Part shown: positions 50,731 through 64,000 of the stretch, piece after piece
How the letters are laid out: each line of letters opens with the position of its first letter
How positions within the stretch are numbered: the first letter of the stretch is position 1
NCBI GenBank assembly: GCA_028534125.1
Contig: CM052818.1
Coordinates: forward strand, 11,472,001-11,536,000
DNA from: Lama glama
Taxonomy: Eukaryota
Length of the DNA: 64,000 nucleotides
Reading direction: 5' to 3'
Position numbers and translations under genes: made by a program
The notes under the pieces: model-generated
Told to the model about the DNA's origin: nothing
Seen by the model: only the letters and a program-made list of their open reading frames with translations
Database searches by the model: none

Positions 50731-52339
50731 TTTCTACTGCCTCTTATTCTACAGCCTGATAAACCCAGAACAGAACTGACGGATTTTAGTGAGGAGCTGA
50801 TTTCTGTTTTTTCCTACTGGAAATGTGGGTGCATGCAAAATTGAAAAGTCACACCTAAACTCTAAGAATACCAAAAAATTACACACATACTCAAAACTCT
50901 AGAATCTATTTGGCCAATAAATTATTTGGCAACATCTCTAGACATTTCTCAACTACAAATACGTAACCAGTTGAAGATAAAAGTTGAGCTGTTTCCTTTG
51001 TCCACCCCTTGCCTTTTCTTTTAGGATCCAACTCTTTGGCCCTTCCCATGCCCAGCTGTCCCAAGCTGGCCTGCATTCCAGGGGCAGCACCCTTTTCCTT
51101 CAGTCCTGCCACACCAGGAAATTTACACAGTATGTGTCCCATTCCCCAAACCCTCGAACTTTTGTAGATGGTGTTTTAGCTCTGGAACACTTTTTCAGAT
51201 GAGATTTAACTGGACATCCCAAATCTCAAATGTATGAATAGAAACATGGAGGACCTGGAGCCCTTCAACTGAGCTCTCGCCCCTCTATCCCTTAAAGTGC
51301 CTGAGATCTCAAGCCTCTGTTTAGACCCAAACAAACGCCCAGTTTGCCAGTGGAGACTGGACCGTGGGATGTGCAGGGTGTTTGAGGCATGTCTCCAGGG
51401 AGAGCCTGCTCAGGGCTGACTCCAACCCAGAAAGTTCGATCCCGCTTTAGCCCAGTTCTCCTGGCCCCTCAGCTGGGCCTTCTGTTTTCATAGACAGCTG
51501 ACCCACCAAGGGAGCCAAATGACGACCGTGAGGACTCTCCTTCCCTCAGCAGGAGAGTGTCCTTCCTCCCTCACTCCTCATTTCTCTGAGCTTAGCCCCT
51601 TAGCTTCCTTTCTGACCTTCCTGCTGCTCCTCCAGCTGTTACAGCTCAGCTTTGTGTGGAGCTCCCCAACATGTGGCCACTAGGCTTCCTTTCCAAAGAC
51701 CACACTCCTGCCAAAACAAAGGCTGGACCCCTATACAGGTTCCGCTGCAGAAGCCACAGTGAACGCTGAGCCTGGCCCCACAACCAGCGCGCTCCTCCCT
51801 GACGCCCTGTTGTGCTCAGAGGCCCACTGCGAGGGCAAGTGGGGAGGAATCCAGAAGGCTCCCGTCCGGGAGTAAGAGGAGACAGTAATTCTTTGGAAAG
51901 GAAATTCGTTCTTTGCTTGAGGATACAGCTCTTTGACAATGTGTTGATGCTATTTGAATGCTTCAAAAGTTCTAAACTATTCCCCAATTATGTACTTTAC
52001 TAAAAAAAAAAATTACACAATTACACAGTTAGGTATGTTCATTGTAAGAAAAAACAGAAAAGAGATGAAGAACAAGAAAAAACTGAGCTATAATCCCTCT
52101 AGATATGTTTCCACAGACATATGCCTACAAAGTAGGATATTAGTATTCTATAGATTTCAATTTTATCATAATCATCTTTCCATATCTATGATATACATCT
52201 AAAACAGCCTTTGTACCTTTTGGGGGATTTTTTTTTCCTAAAAGAATTTCCCATTGCCAGGCCTTCAGCTCGCTTCTGAACTTTCTCTGCCTTCAGCATC
52301 ACTGCAGTGACTGAGCCCTGAGCAGACCGATGGAGAGGA

Positions 52340-52570
52340 AGAGCTTGGGGTTCAGAGTGGCTCCAAATCCTAAGTAGCTGTGGAACTTGGACACTTGGAC
52401 CTATTTTATAAAATCCTCTCATGCCTCATTTCGCCATCTGTTTCAGGAGGGAGTAATTGTAAGAACGTAGCTTGCCTGCCTCCTCTGAGCCTTAAGAGAG
52501 AAAATATATGTAAAGTGCTGAGCCCTGTGCCTGCCTCATTTTGAGCGGCCCATAAAAGTTGGCTGTGATT
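52340..52570 (+). mobile_element. MIR SINE
   Basis: tgcctcatttcgccatctgt...atatgtaaagtgctgagccctgtgcctg. Confidence 0.7.
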
Positions 52571-52759
52571 ACATAACTCATCACATGATTACTTCTGTAG
52601 AACGTATTTCTAGAAAGGGAATCCAAGGGTCAACAGGGCCCAAACATTCTTAAGGATTTTTATCCATATTGCTAATTATCTTCCAATCTCCTCTCCCACC
52701 GGTCAGTGAGAAGTGAGAGCCTACCTCCCTCCTGTTGGGACATGGTCCTTTTTCACAGA

Positions 52760-52920
52760 AGGCAGGATGGGGGAATGGAAAGGGCCCTGAGCTTGGAGTT
52801 AGAAGCTTGGAGGTGTAGTCCCAGCTTTGCTACTTATTCAGTAACCACATGACCTTGAACTCTCAGCTCTCTGACCCTCAATGTCTTCATCTATTAAGAA
52901 AAGGGGGTTGGGAAAGCAGG
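52760..52920 (+). mobile_element. MIR SINE
   Basis: gtcccagctttgctactta...tgaccttga...cctcaatgtcttcatctatt. Confidence 0.7.
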
Positions 52921-55071
52921 TAGCAGTATTCTTCCTAAAAAGCCATATAAGTAGAGTCAATAAATAAGTTATAAAAGTACTTGAACAACTCTTCCTTGTC
53001 ATCCCCATCTGGGGCACGTTAGCTTACTTGGGATTTGGCTATAGCTAAACCTCGAATCTTTAGAAAGTAGACTTCGAATTCAATTCAATTTAACACCTTT
53101 TGAGCATCTATTATGTGTCAGATACGGAGTAAAAAACACGGGAGCTAGAGAGAAGCAATGGAAATAGGTACTAGGTAAAAATGTAGCTGAGAGGGACTCC
53201 TCAGGAGGGTACAGACATTTCATACAATTTACATAAAATTAGGACAAATTTGAAAACTTTGTTTTATCCTTTTAAATCTCCTCAAAGTTTTTTTTTTAAT
53301 CCAAGTTGCCCAACTATGACCCCAAAGTTAGAAACACACTGAGGGGTGGATAGAGCTTCCTGAACAATCACATCAATTACAAAAAGAAAAAGAAATGAAA
53401 TGAAACAAGAGAAGCACACCTAAGAATCTCTGCTTTGTTCTGAATCTCGGAAAGTATGCCTCTGAGTTCTTCACATCCACATACTTGATGGCAGCATCTG
53501 CCTCTGAGGATCTGGGCTTCTGTGGCCAAAGAGAAGGGCCAGGGCCAGGGAGGATGCAGTGCGGGCCCAGCGCACACATCCCCTTCTCCACCGGCCAGGA
53601 CACACCAGCCTCACCACCAACTCCTGCCTCATTCTTATTCTCAGCCCTCACAAGCTCCTTTTCTGTCTTAATCAGCTCTGATCTGCTTTTAGCAGACAAT
53701 AATAGGAATAAAGAGCAGCATAGAATTTGGCATGTGTGTGCTTTTTTCCCTCTTAATCTTCTAGCCTGAAAAAAAAAAAGCCTTCTCTCTTTTATAGGCT
53801 TCTATTGTTTTAGAAAGGAAAAAAATTAAGGCAGGAAGAACTGTGACCATAACACATGACATCTCCTTATAGCAAAGCTGCATATTTCATTAACGGCAGG
53901 ACCGATCTTAATTTACAGTAGACATTGCTGGGCCTGCATTTTATGTTAAAATAATGAAGATGCTTCTTTATGAAACCTGTAATGAAAAACATAAATAGTA
54001 TATCTTTTAATGATTAACACTGACTAATTCTACTGATGCTGAGTAGCATGTGCTTAAGAGATGGATTATCTCTGAAACATAATTTTACTAAGCACTGCTA
54101 TGTAATTTGTTAAGCATTTAGTAATAAGTATGTCTAATAAAATACGAAAAAAATATTTAGAAAATGAACCATAATTTTAATATAATTTTAATTAATGGGA
54201 GTGCAATTGCAGTGGTTTAAATTACATTCCCAGTGGTAAGAAGCCTTTCAAACCTAATTTGTGAGCCAAGATGGTGGCTCTAATGACTGGCAGCAAAGTT
54301 TCTTCAACAGATTTCATGGGGCATGATCCAAAGATAATAGGTTCTCAGCCCAATGACAATCCAATTACAATGCCAATCAAAGCCAACTTCATGCACTCTA
54401 ATTATCAGATTTAGCTGTCAGCTCAAATACAAACATAACACTTTTATTTAAATAAAAATTTAATTTAGAAAAAAAAAAAGACGACTTCATGTGTGATTTA
54501 TTGAGACTGCCAGAGCAATCTAACTTATTTTCCTGGTAATATAATAAAATCAGTCTTGAATTAAAAAAAAAATGTGAAAACTTTTCCTCCCCCACCCATT
54601 CTCCTGTATCTGCTATGCTATATTATTTAAGAGTTAATTTAAGCAAAAAAGCATAACCTAACATGGCAGCAGATATTTGCCAACTAGGAGTAGGTTAAAT
54701 AGAGTATCAAGGTTTCAATGAGACAAAATTCCAAGTGAATAAATGACAAAACCTAATTAGTTTTTACCACTCATCAGAAGAACTTGTGTTTCAACTAAAA
54801 TCCATTTACACAGGCCCAAAGCTCAGGACCTGGGCTTCCTCTGCATTGAATCATAGTAGGAACATGGGCAGGACAGAAAGAAAAGTAAGACAAACAAGGT
54901 CCCCATTAAAATGATTTTAAGACATTTGATATTCAAATCACAAACTGTCATAATGGAGAGCGTCAGTAAGGAGCAGCAGGCGCTCCCCAGCATAGCCCCA
55001 GCCCCGTGCTGACCCTCAGCTCCCGTTACAGGTTTCCCATTGGGATGAAGAGTGACAAGCATCTCTTGGAG

Positions 55072-55378
55072 CAGAACTGCCCTAAGAGAAATGTCATGTG
55101 AGCCACATGTACAATTTTAAATTTTCCAGGAGCCACATTCAAAACACAGTTAAAAGAAGCAGAAAATATTAATTTGGGTACTATATTTTACTTAAATCAA
55201 TATATCTGAAATATTATCATTTCAGTATCTAATCAATATTTTTTAAACTGTTAATGAGAAATTTGGGGTTTTTTTTCCTCATAGGAAACCTTACATTGAG
55301 AGCACCCCTCAATTCAGCCACATTTCATGTCCCCACTGGCCACACGTGGTGAGTGGCCACGTACTGGGTAACGCAGTC
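55072..55378. mobile_element. MER33/MER3-like hAT-Charlie element
   Basis: tgtgagccacatgtacaattttaaattttccaggagccacatt...tatatctgaaatattatcatttca...gccacacgtggtgagtggccacgtactgggtaacgcag. Confidence 0.8.
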
Positions 55379-56719
55379 TTGGAGCCTGGCCCCAAAGGAG
55401 GGCAAAGAAACAACTGCCTTTGAGGTTCAGTTGTGTGGTTCCAAAGACACCTACCCCCAAGGGGAAAAAAATTATGTGTTTCTTTGTTTACTGGTTTCCA
55501 AAGAACCAAAAATCTCCTCTAGTATTTTATTTTCTTAAGGCTGGATGGCTATGCTACCAAAGAAAAACAAACAAAAACACATTATAGGGAGAAAGTTTGG
55601 TGGAGATTTCTTTATTTTCCAAAACATGCCTAGTGAAGATGTAACAATAAAAGATACATAATCTTTTTATAGTATAGATTTGCTTACAATTAAGACACTC
55701 CAGAGGCTTTCTGAAAGGAAGGCAGAGGTATCACATGAGAAGAGCGGTAACAGCGGGGTGCAGGGGACCACGGACAAATTTTGCCTCCAACAGAGCTAAG
55801 TCCCTGGTTACAGATGGAAGTGTCTTAAAACCCGCCTTGGAATCTCCCTTGTTCAGCTGGGGGTGCTCTGTAAGGCCACACTCGGACATATGTGCTCATA
55901 ATGGCACTCTCCCAGGCTTCTTGTGCCTTCTCATTCTTACCCCTGAGGCCAAGATGGTACCCTGAATGCCCCTCTACACACTTTCAAAATTCTCCAGTTT
56001 AAAAGGCACTTAAAATTTCCACACCTACCACACAGTGTTATACAAGAATGACAGCAGGTTAAAACAAAGAGTTAATTTGTTTCATCTTATAGACTTGGCG
56101 TTGGGAGTCACTTGACTTGCACATGCAAATAGATGCAAACTTATGCGAATCAGGGTTTCTCCAGAAAAATTGAATAGGGGAAAAAAGCCTTATAGTATTA
56201 GCAATATGAAGGGATTTTGTGGAAAAGAAAATTATTTCCTTACTTCAATTCCAAATGTGAATAGCTTTCTCAGTCCTGTCTGAATGAAACCAAAAGTTAC
56301 CAGACCTTCAAGAACAGTGACTTTTAAAAAGATTGAACCAGATTTTAGTCAGATTGAGATCATGCTGTTTAAACTTTAATCATTACATCTTAACTATAAC
56401 TCTCCCAAGAAAAACTAAAAACTTCCTTACTAAAGGGCAAAGGAGTTTTCCAAATAAACCTTAGATCTAGGTCTGACAATAAAATAATTAAAAGTGCTGC
56501 TAAGAACAGAAAGAGTAGTAATACACTTCAGAAATGTGAAGGTGACAGACGGAAAAAAAATTAGAGCTATTGGTTATTATTTTCAATAATGGTAACATGT
56601 ATTATGCTGCTTTCGCATGTATTATCCCACTCTACCTCCAGAGTCAATACAGAGCCTGCCGCAATCGATTTCGTCCTTATGGCAATGCCCTGAGGCAGCA
56701 GAACCAGTGTTATCATCCT

Positions 56720-56990
56720 CTGTTTGGATATGATTTCTTAAGTTCTAGCTCCTGTGTGTAATGTCCAGATAGACCAAAGGCACCTCACCTTCACCTGTCC
56801 AAAGTCAAGCACAGTCATTCCCCATAAAACCCGTCCTTCGGGAGTGCCCCTTAGTCCACGGCCACATCAGCTCACTTGGCAAACAGAAACATCAGGCCAT
56901 ACTCAAACCCTCTCTCTTTTCCAGTTTTACCCTCCACTTAACAGGCACCAAGTTATACGCAGGTATCTTTAAAAAGCTCAGACCTCAATC
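56720..56990 (+). mobile_element. LINE-2 fragment
   Basis: aaaggcacctcaccttcacctgtccaaag...aaacagaaacatcaggccat. Confidence 0.55.
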
Positions 56991-57869
56991 CTTCACAGTA
57001 AGAGAGAGAGAGAGAAAATCACCACGGATGAGGGCTATCTGGAACTCACAGCCTCTCGCTCATACCTGAGACTCATCTTCCCCTGGGAACTCATGCTAAT
57101 TACCGTTACCAAGGCTGGGCCGAGGGGCCCCACTGCATGTTGTAGCCAAACATGGAAACACAGTTTTTTCTTCAATTCCCCAAAGCCCTGCTGAGACAAA
57201 GTGAAGACAAGACTCAACTAAGCAAAGATAATAAAATAAAAATAAATACAAGAATAACAAGTAACTAGATGGTCTAATGTATGATATACGGCTCATTTTT
57301 AGTGTGGAGCCCTCTGGGGATGGCTGGCCCTTTCTAGCTCCCAAATTGCAGCCAGCCCATGGTAGGTGGGCCTCCCCACCCCTGAGAAGTGTACCAAAAC
57401 TCCCTGGCACTGTGGCCTCCCATGCGTGGCTGACCCGAAAGAATGAAATCCAAGAGAGACTAGTCTCCTTCTAGTCTGGTTGCAATCCTTCCTATTAACT
57501 TCATTTTCCTTCGTGAGGACCTCAGTTTCCCAAATGTCTGTTACGGAGACCACCCCAGCCCCCCACAATCACAAAGGCCTGGGATTACCTTACAGACTCA
57601 AGATCTCAGCAATCAAAATCCAACTCTACCAATCTAAGGCACAGGAAGTGTACACAGGCAATGGCAGGAGATCCGTTCTTTATCCAGGTCCAGTATTTTC
57701 AAAATGTCTCTCAACTCTGCCCTTCCCTCTGCCAACCCTCTCAGAGTCAATCATTTCTATCTTCTTTCATAATCGAGCCTATGAGGTTTTTATAATGATA
57801 AACGTAATTCATGTTCATTTTAAGAAATCTGCAAAGTAATCAGAAATTCAGAGACAAAACCAAAAGTCA

Positions 57870-58415
57870 TCCATCCTCCTATGGTCTCCTCCATATCTTA
57901 ACTGAACACATGCAGTGGTCCTTTGGTTCTCCCGGATTCCAACCTCTCCCTGCTCCAGGGCAGCTGCAATATTGCCTCTGCATTCCATTTGCTTCCCATG
58001 CATTGACATAATTGAATTCAACAAGAACTTTTACTGATTAGCTCCCTTTGCTGAAAAAGACTCAGATCTCTTCACAGAGATCAGTTATTTCACCCCCCTG
58101 CTTGAAAACCTGTGGCTCCCTCACTGCCTTAGAATATACACCAAATACTTCAGAACGACATCTCAGCTCCTTTTCAGCAGACATTACTGGATTCATTGCC
58201 CACATCACCGTGTCCCCATGCATCTATATGTCTTGTCCGCCAGCCGCAGTGGACCCTCTGCAATTCTTCCAGGCATGCTTCTGCTTTTGTAGACATCATT
58301 GCCTCTACTGAATCTCCATCTGCTACACATGTGCACACACCCCCCCACCACCACTATACCATCACCTCCTGGGATGATAGTGACCACTCAAGAAATAGAT
58401 GTTAAATAAAATGAA
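57870..58415 (+). mobile_element. LINE-2 fragments
   Basis: ccctgcttgaaaacctgtggctccctcactgccttagaata...aaatagatgttaaataaaatgaa. Confidence 0.6.
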
Positions 58416-60329
58416 TAAAATATTACATTGTATTGGTTTCACCTGAGACCAAGACATTTATACGTGCACCAAGCACTTAGAATTTTAAAATGACCCTTTG
58501 AGGGAGGGGGTGGGAAAATTTTTTTAATAAAAGAAAACAAAATGACCCTTTGAGGAGGATAGGGTATGACTGGAACATATTTTTGAAAAGTCATATTCCC
58601 AAAGACTCTTTTAACATTATGTACAACAACAGATGTGGTGCCTCTCGGAGGATGTGGGGTGGAAGGGGTGCCACCGTCTCTTGTTTAGATTGCAAGAGTG
58701 AGTTGGAGGAGGTTCCATAATTATGCCAACATATTTGCCTGGAAGAGGTGGGATCTCAAGATCACACAGCCTAAAGGGAGTGTTTTTGGCAGAGGGTACC
58801 ATGAGGCTATTTCAAGTAAAAATGGAAGCTGTGTGGACAAGTTAAGGTAAAATTGGTATTTGGGGTTGAATAGGTAAAGGTGTCCATAAAGACCAGGGAG
58901 GAGAGCCTGGGGCATGAAAGGCCATGGAGATTGTTCAAAGCACCTGCCACTTTAAGACTCTCTGCAACTTGGTAGGAACAGCTTAAATGTCATGCTAGGA
59001 AAAAATAAAAGTTTTCATTCATTATTAAGTCCTGCAATTGCACAACTGTCTTAAACTAATCCAACACTTCAGCCCTGCCTTACCTCACCACATCTCTGGC
59101 TGTGGTCTGGCTCTTCACTCCAGACTCATGCTCTACACCCCGACCAGCTCCATTCTCCAGCCTTGTGGTCTCCTTGGGCAGCTGACCCTCTACTTCATCT
59201 TCCCCTGGCATCTCACCTCCACCCTCCCGGCTTGGCATTGCCAAAACTGATTCCTGGTGATCATTTGGGATTCTGATCTCCCTGGCTTGGTGCCAGGGCC
59301 CTCTTGTCTTACTCTACTCCAGGGGGTAGTTGAAAAGGTAGAAGTAGAAATTCTAAGGACATTCCTACCCTCACTGTCCAGCCTCCTGAAGACAAGGGCA
59401 GGTCCGTGGAAAACTTCAAGGAAATGTTTGAAAACCTAAGTCCTAATACGAAGCCCAAGTATGAGAGAATTTAAGCAAATCTATCATGTAAGTAGTTTCA
59501 AAAACAGGTTTTATTTTGAGGGTGATATTAATCATTTTTAGATGGACAGCATCACTGATTGGGGATGATACACTCTACAGACTTTTTCCAAAAACCTAAA
59601 GCTTTTCTCCCACCAGAGAGGAGGATCCCACTACCTTCACTGCTGCCCGTGACCTCACCTGTTCTGCCTCTCCCCTAGGACCTAACATCATCTGATCATT
59701 CCTCACTCTCCACCTTCTGTAGTTCTACTGGTTCCTTCTCCTCCAACTGCAAACATGCATAAGGTCACCAGATTCTTTAAAATAAGCAAACAATCCTGCC
59801 CTTTCATGAACACAGCTCTTTGGTCTCCATTAAGAATTTAATGAAGAGTCATTTATAACCAATTCCTCCCCATTCTTTTCATATAACTTCCCACCCTCCC
59901 TCAAAATTCTATGGAATATAGAATCACTATCACTTTTCTAAGGGCCAGAGCCACATTCCTACCTACCTGCAGGAAAATTTTGATTGACTGTCCTCTGAAA
60001 ATCCGTATATTAAATAATAGTTTCAGCCTTTAGATTGTAAATATGACAGTAACATCCTCATCTTATAGACCGTGCCATTCATCTCCAAGGTGGCCAGTCT
60101 GTATCACGGCATTGACAGAATCCAGCCCACAGAACTGGCATTAGTTCTACTGTGAGCCCTTTGAAACTGTGGGTTGCCAGACTTAAGCCTTCCCCCAACT
60201 CCTGTCACCTAAATGGCTGGACAACTTTAATGAACAGTTTCCAAATAGAGCATCAGTTTTCCAAGAGATGGCTAGTCCTTCGTATCTTAACTAGTTTTTA
60301 CTAACCCCTTCCAAGTGGGGATGTGACTG

Positions 60330-61310
60330 TATACCGCCAAGTCTACTGCCACCAAATTCTCCAAAATGATTGAGACCCCAAGCATGCCCACTACCAGGTG
60401 TTCCACATACTTCTGCTGCCATGGCTGGACTCATTTAAATTCCATTCTTGGCTCATTTACGGCAGCCTTAGAGCTCCATTCCCCTAGCCCTTTGTCCAGT
60501 ATGGTCTTGGCTCCCTCCTTCCTGAGGGCCTGTTTATTGCTGAGGTCTAAGAATACTTTCAACAATGATGCCATCTGAATCGTGCTGTGTACAAACTGTC
60601 TCATTACATTTTCTTTCCAAAGCAAATCACTCTGGTGCCCCTGTCTCTGTTTATGAGAAGTGACTCAAAATGGAGTCAGCTTCCCATTCCCTTCCCTCCA
60701 TATTTCCAATCGTTTTCAAGTTTCCAGACTCCCTTATCACATTCAACCATTCTCTTCCCTCCAGTCTCACTTTCCCTAGTAGAGTCCAGGTCCTCGTTAC
60801 CCTCTAGGCTATTGCCAGAGACCCTCCCTGGACACCCATCCCCTCCAGTTTCAACTTTTTTCTGTTTCACTATCAATCTTTGTAAAATATAGCTCCCATC
60901 ACAGCTGTCTCATATTTAATAACTTTTAGTGATAGCCCATTTTCACCAGTTTTGAGACAAATTAACATGCCTGGCATTTAAAGTCTTCCCCCAAATACTC
61001 CAAATGTATTTTATGCTTTATCTACATAGTGCTGCTAACCATTTCCCCAACAGGCTTCACCTTCCCAACTCTGTGCCATTGTTTGTACTGTTATCTCTGC
61101 CTGGAATTTCCTAATCTCCATGAATAAAAATACTGGCTACCCTTCAAGGTTCTTAACATAAAATCTTTCTAGATTTTCTTAAGCAAAAGTGGTCACTCTC
61201 TCTTTTAAACCCCTATAACATCTGGTTTATCCCTCTCCTATAGTTCTTATAATTCTTCCTATATCCTATCTCTTTATATTCTTGTTTTATCCATTGTAAA
61301 GGACTTCATT
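60330..61310 (+). mobile_element. Decayed LINE-2 fragments
   Basis: tgcctggcatttaaagtcttcc...ctctgcctggaatttcc...acccttcaagg; pyrimidine-rich L2-like sequence. Confidence 0.5.
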
Positions 61311-61325
61311 CTCCCTTACAGCAGA

Positions 61326-61933
61326 TGTGGTAGGCAAAATTATAAAGTGATCCCCCAAGATTCCTGACTGTTGGTATAGGTACACCTTCTCCAAGTTATT
61401 CAATCAAGCATTAACCTAAGTACTGCTGTGAAAAGATTCTGCAAATAGAATTAAGGTCCCAAATCAGTTGACATTAAGATAGAAGATTATCTGGGTGGAC
61501 CTGACCTAATCATGAGCCCTTTAAAGACAGAAAGTTTTCATCACAAAGAAAAGTCAGAGAATCCAAGTACAGAGGGAATGTGAGGCATGAGAAGTTCTCA
61601 TTGCTAGTTTAAAAATAGAAGGGGCCACGAGGCAAGGAATGACGGAAGCTTCTAGGAGTCGTGAGCGGTCTTCAGTAAGAAAGCCAGAGAGAATATAGGG
61701 ACCTCAGTCCTGCAACCACCAAGAACTGAATCCTGCCAAGAATGACCTTGGAAGAGGTTTCTTTCCAAGAGCCTCCAGACAAAAACATGGCCCAGCTGAC
61801 AGCTTGATTTTGCCCTAGTGACAACCCAGCCACACTGTGCTGAACTTCTGACCAACAGAAGCTAATAAATGGGTGTTGATTAAGGCTGATAAATTTGTGG
61901 TAATTTATAAAACATCAATAAAAAACTAATCCA
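61326..61933 (+). mobile_element. MaLR solo LTR (MLT1-type)
   Basis: TG...CA ends; gattatctgggtggacctgacctaatca; gaactgaatcctgcca; aataaatgggtgttg...tttgtggtaattt...aactaatcca; 5-bp TSD gcaga/gcagg. Confidence 0.9.
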
Positions 61934-63839
61934 GCAGGGGTAATATCCTTCTCACGTTATTATAAGCAGCAATGCAAGGCTAAGTGGCTTGTATATGACA
62001 GTGTAGTAATAAATATTTACTTTCCAATTGCATGAAAAATATTTGGGATGTAACCCTGTCAGCAAGAACAAATAGACAGGCAAAATAAAAGGCAAATGGG
62101 ATAAAGTCTTTGTGTTTTTTACTAAGGAGAATTTGGGAAATTCTTAATTTATCAACTCTGATAAGGCCACCTTCTAGCACATCTTGAAAATCCTGAGTGC
62201 AAGTATCTAGAACAAACTCAGTTCTGAAAATTGGTCTTGTCTTTTAAGAAGCCTGTTTCAAGAAATATACAACTGTGGTCATTTGCAGAAAAACACTCCT
62301 GGTGACAGTACTTAACTGGCACCTGGCGCAATACCTGGGATTGCAGGCAAGGGCCTTGCCATCCACCTTTTCAAACTCAGGACTTCAGCTCTTACATAAA
62401 ATTACTAATTCTTCCTTTCAGCACTACCACTCTCTTCCTGTTAATTTCTTCAAATGGTTTTGTCTCTCTTCTAGTCTCAAAATGTGACCAGACTTGAACA
62501 TTGCTGATGTTTAAACATCATATTAATCTTTTTTTTCCTTTAAGCTGAATGCTAAATCTACAACTCCATGCACTATACCTGCCACAGCGTCTGGGAAGGA
62601 GAAAGCAGCTGCCCAGCACACAGGAGGGGACGCACCTTCACATCTAAAGAGTTCCCCACCCAAAGAGTTCCAAGGCCCCAGGAAAGCCACTTGACCCACT
62701 AAGATTCAGCTTTCTCACTGGCTAAATGAACTCCCAACACTGACCTGAATCTCTGACCCTCCCATTGGCCTGTATACTTTAGTGACTGTTCTCAGTGAAA
62801 CTATGGCGAGGTTTGTAGGCAGCTAATACAGACTTTGGGCCATCCATAACTTTCGCCGTGGTACAGTCAGACTATTATTTACCCAATAAACCGTAACTGC
62901 AGTGGGCGCCCAATAATTCAGCACTGGAGAAGTATGTGCTGCAGAAGAAGTCATTATGGTCCATCAGATCAAAAATTCACTTCTAAAGAAGTGTCCAAGT
63001 ACAGACATACACAATGGGCTGAAATCATTACTGACTATTTTGCCAAATTATACACATGTTCAAAATGACCGCAGCACCTATCATATACCTCACTGTGTGC
63101 TTATCCAACACATAGAAGGGATTTTAGAAAAAGAAAGAAAATAAAAGGGGGGAAAAGGACATAAGTCTTTATATTTCAAAATACAAAGATTATATTACAA
63201 ATGTAGAGAAGCCCAAAAATCTGAAAAGTAAAGACAGGTATTTCTTTTTAATTTACATTGTGCAGGTTGTTCTTATTATTATCACTTTTTTTTTTAAACC
63301 CCAAGTCCCTTCAGCTGAAAAGACACTGTACGCCTTCACTCTAAATGTTCTGCATGTTTTCTGCTTGTGTTATTCTAAAAGGTCTGAACAAAGAGCTTGT
63401 CGTATTGCTGGCAATTTGGAAAACCACCAAAGTTACAATAGATGGTGAATATCTTTGCTTCTTTCAGTTTTGCTCCACAGAAAGAAATCAAGGCACCCTT
63501 CCTGGATGTCTGTTTTGTTTTTGTAATCACTCCAGCACACGGTGTGTACATACAGAGTGACAGAGGCTCAAGTTCATGAGAATAATGATAAAATGAAGAG
63601 ACTCAAAATTCTTAATCTTAAAAGGCTTGATTAGGAAATATACCTCAAATTTCATACACAGAAGTAAAATGCTGAGATTTATCAAAAGTTTATTTGTATT
63701 AATTAATGTTTTTCATTTAGAGGTAGGAGAACATGCATTGAAAATAAAATCACCATTCTACAATCCCAGATGAATTCTGGAGATCTTCATATAACAGTTT
63801 TGTTTGTGTTTTGTTTTTTAACTTACCCCTTCCACCAAG

Positions 63840-63958
63840 TTGTTCTCTTTCTTTCATTCTTTTCTCTCTCCTGCCTCCTTCTCTACTTCACCCTCCCTTC
63901 CTCTTTCTCTGCACCCCCTGCATCCCCATCTCTCAGCCACGCCCTCTCTTTCTCTCAG
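63840..63958. repeat. Polypyrimidine low-complexity tract
   Basis: About 120 bp that is almost entirely C/T. Confidence 0.7.
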
Positions 63959-64000
63959 ACACACAGGGAAAACATCAGATTAATTATAGTGCCTGCAACT

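Noticed and set aside
53373..53699. 108-aa ORF
   Set aside because: No recognisable family and a low-complexity end; chance ORF.
63381..63443. 63-nt plus-strand exon candidate
   Set aside because: Weak donor (gtgaat) and no recognisable peptide in either open frame.
1..64000. CRISPR array, operon or other prokaryotic-type system; CpG-island promoter
   Set aside because: The sequence is mammalian with no repeat-spacer array or gene-dense region, and no segment is GC- and CpG-rich enough to be an island.

Overview
Mammalian, AT-rich, non-coding genomic DNA (large intron or gene desert). It is probably from a camelid, judging by a tRNA-Ala-derived vic-1-like SINE with target-site duplications at 43042-43197. 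I found no recognisable protein-coding exon or gene. The only ORF-track entries with recognisable homology are decayed LINE-1 ORF1/ORF2 pieces. The first ~34.6 kb is dense in repeats: L1 of several ages, L2, MIR, hAT elements, microsatellites and a 100-N gap. The second half has little L1 and includes an ~8.4 kb stretch with no recognisable transposon (34650-43020) that looks like a cluster of conserved regulatory elements. Most notable observations: a TSD-flanked L1 whose 5'UTR is joined directly to ORF2 across an 18-bp fold-back; a perfect DR5 nuclear-receptor element; a convergent CTCF pair; three octamers in helical phase; a 35-bp TSD-flanked micro-retroinsertion; and a possible ancient CR1/L3 remnant. 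I see no convincing novel biological system. Repeat boundaries and subfamily names were judged by eye and are approximate.
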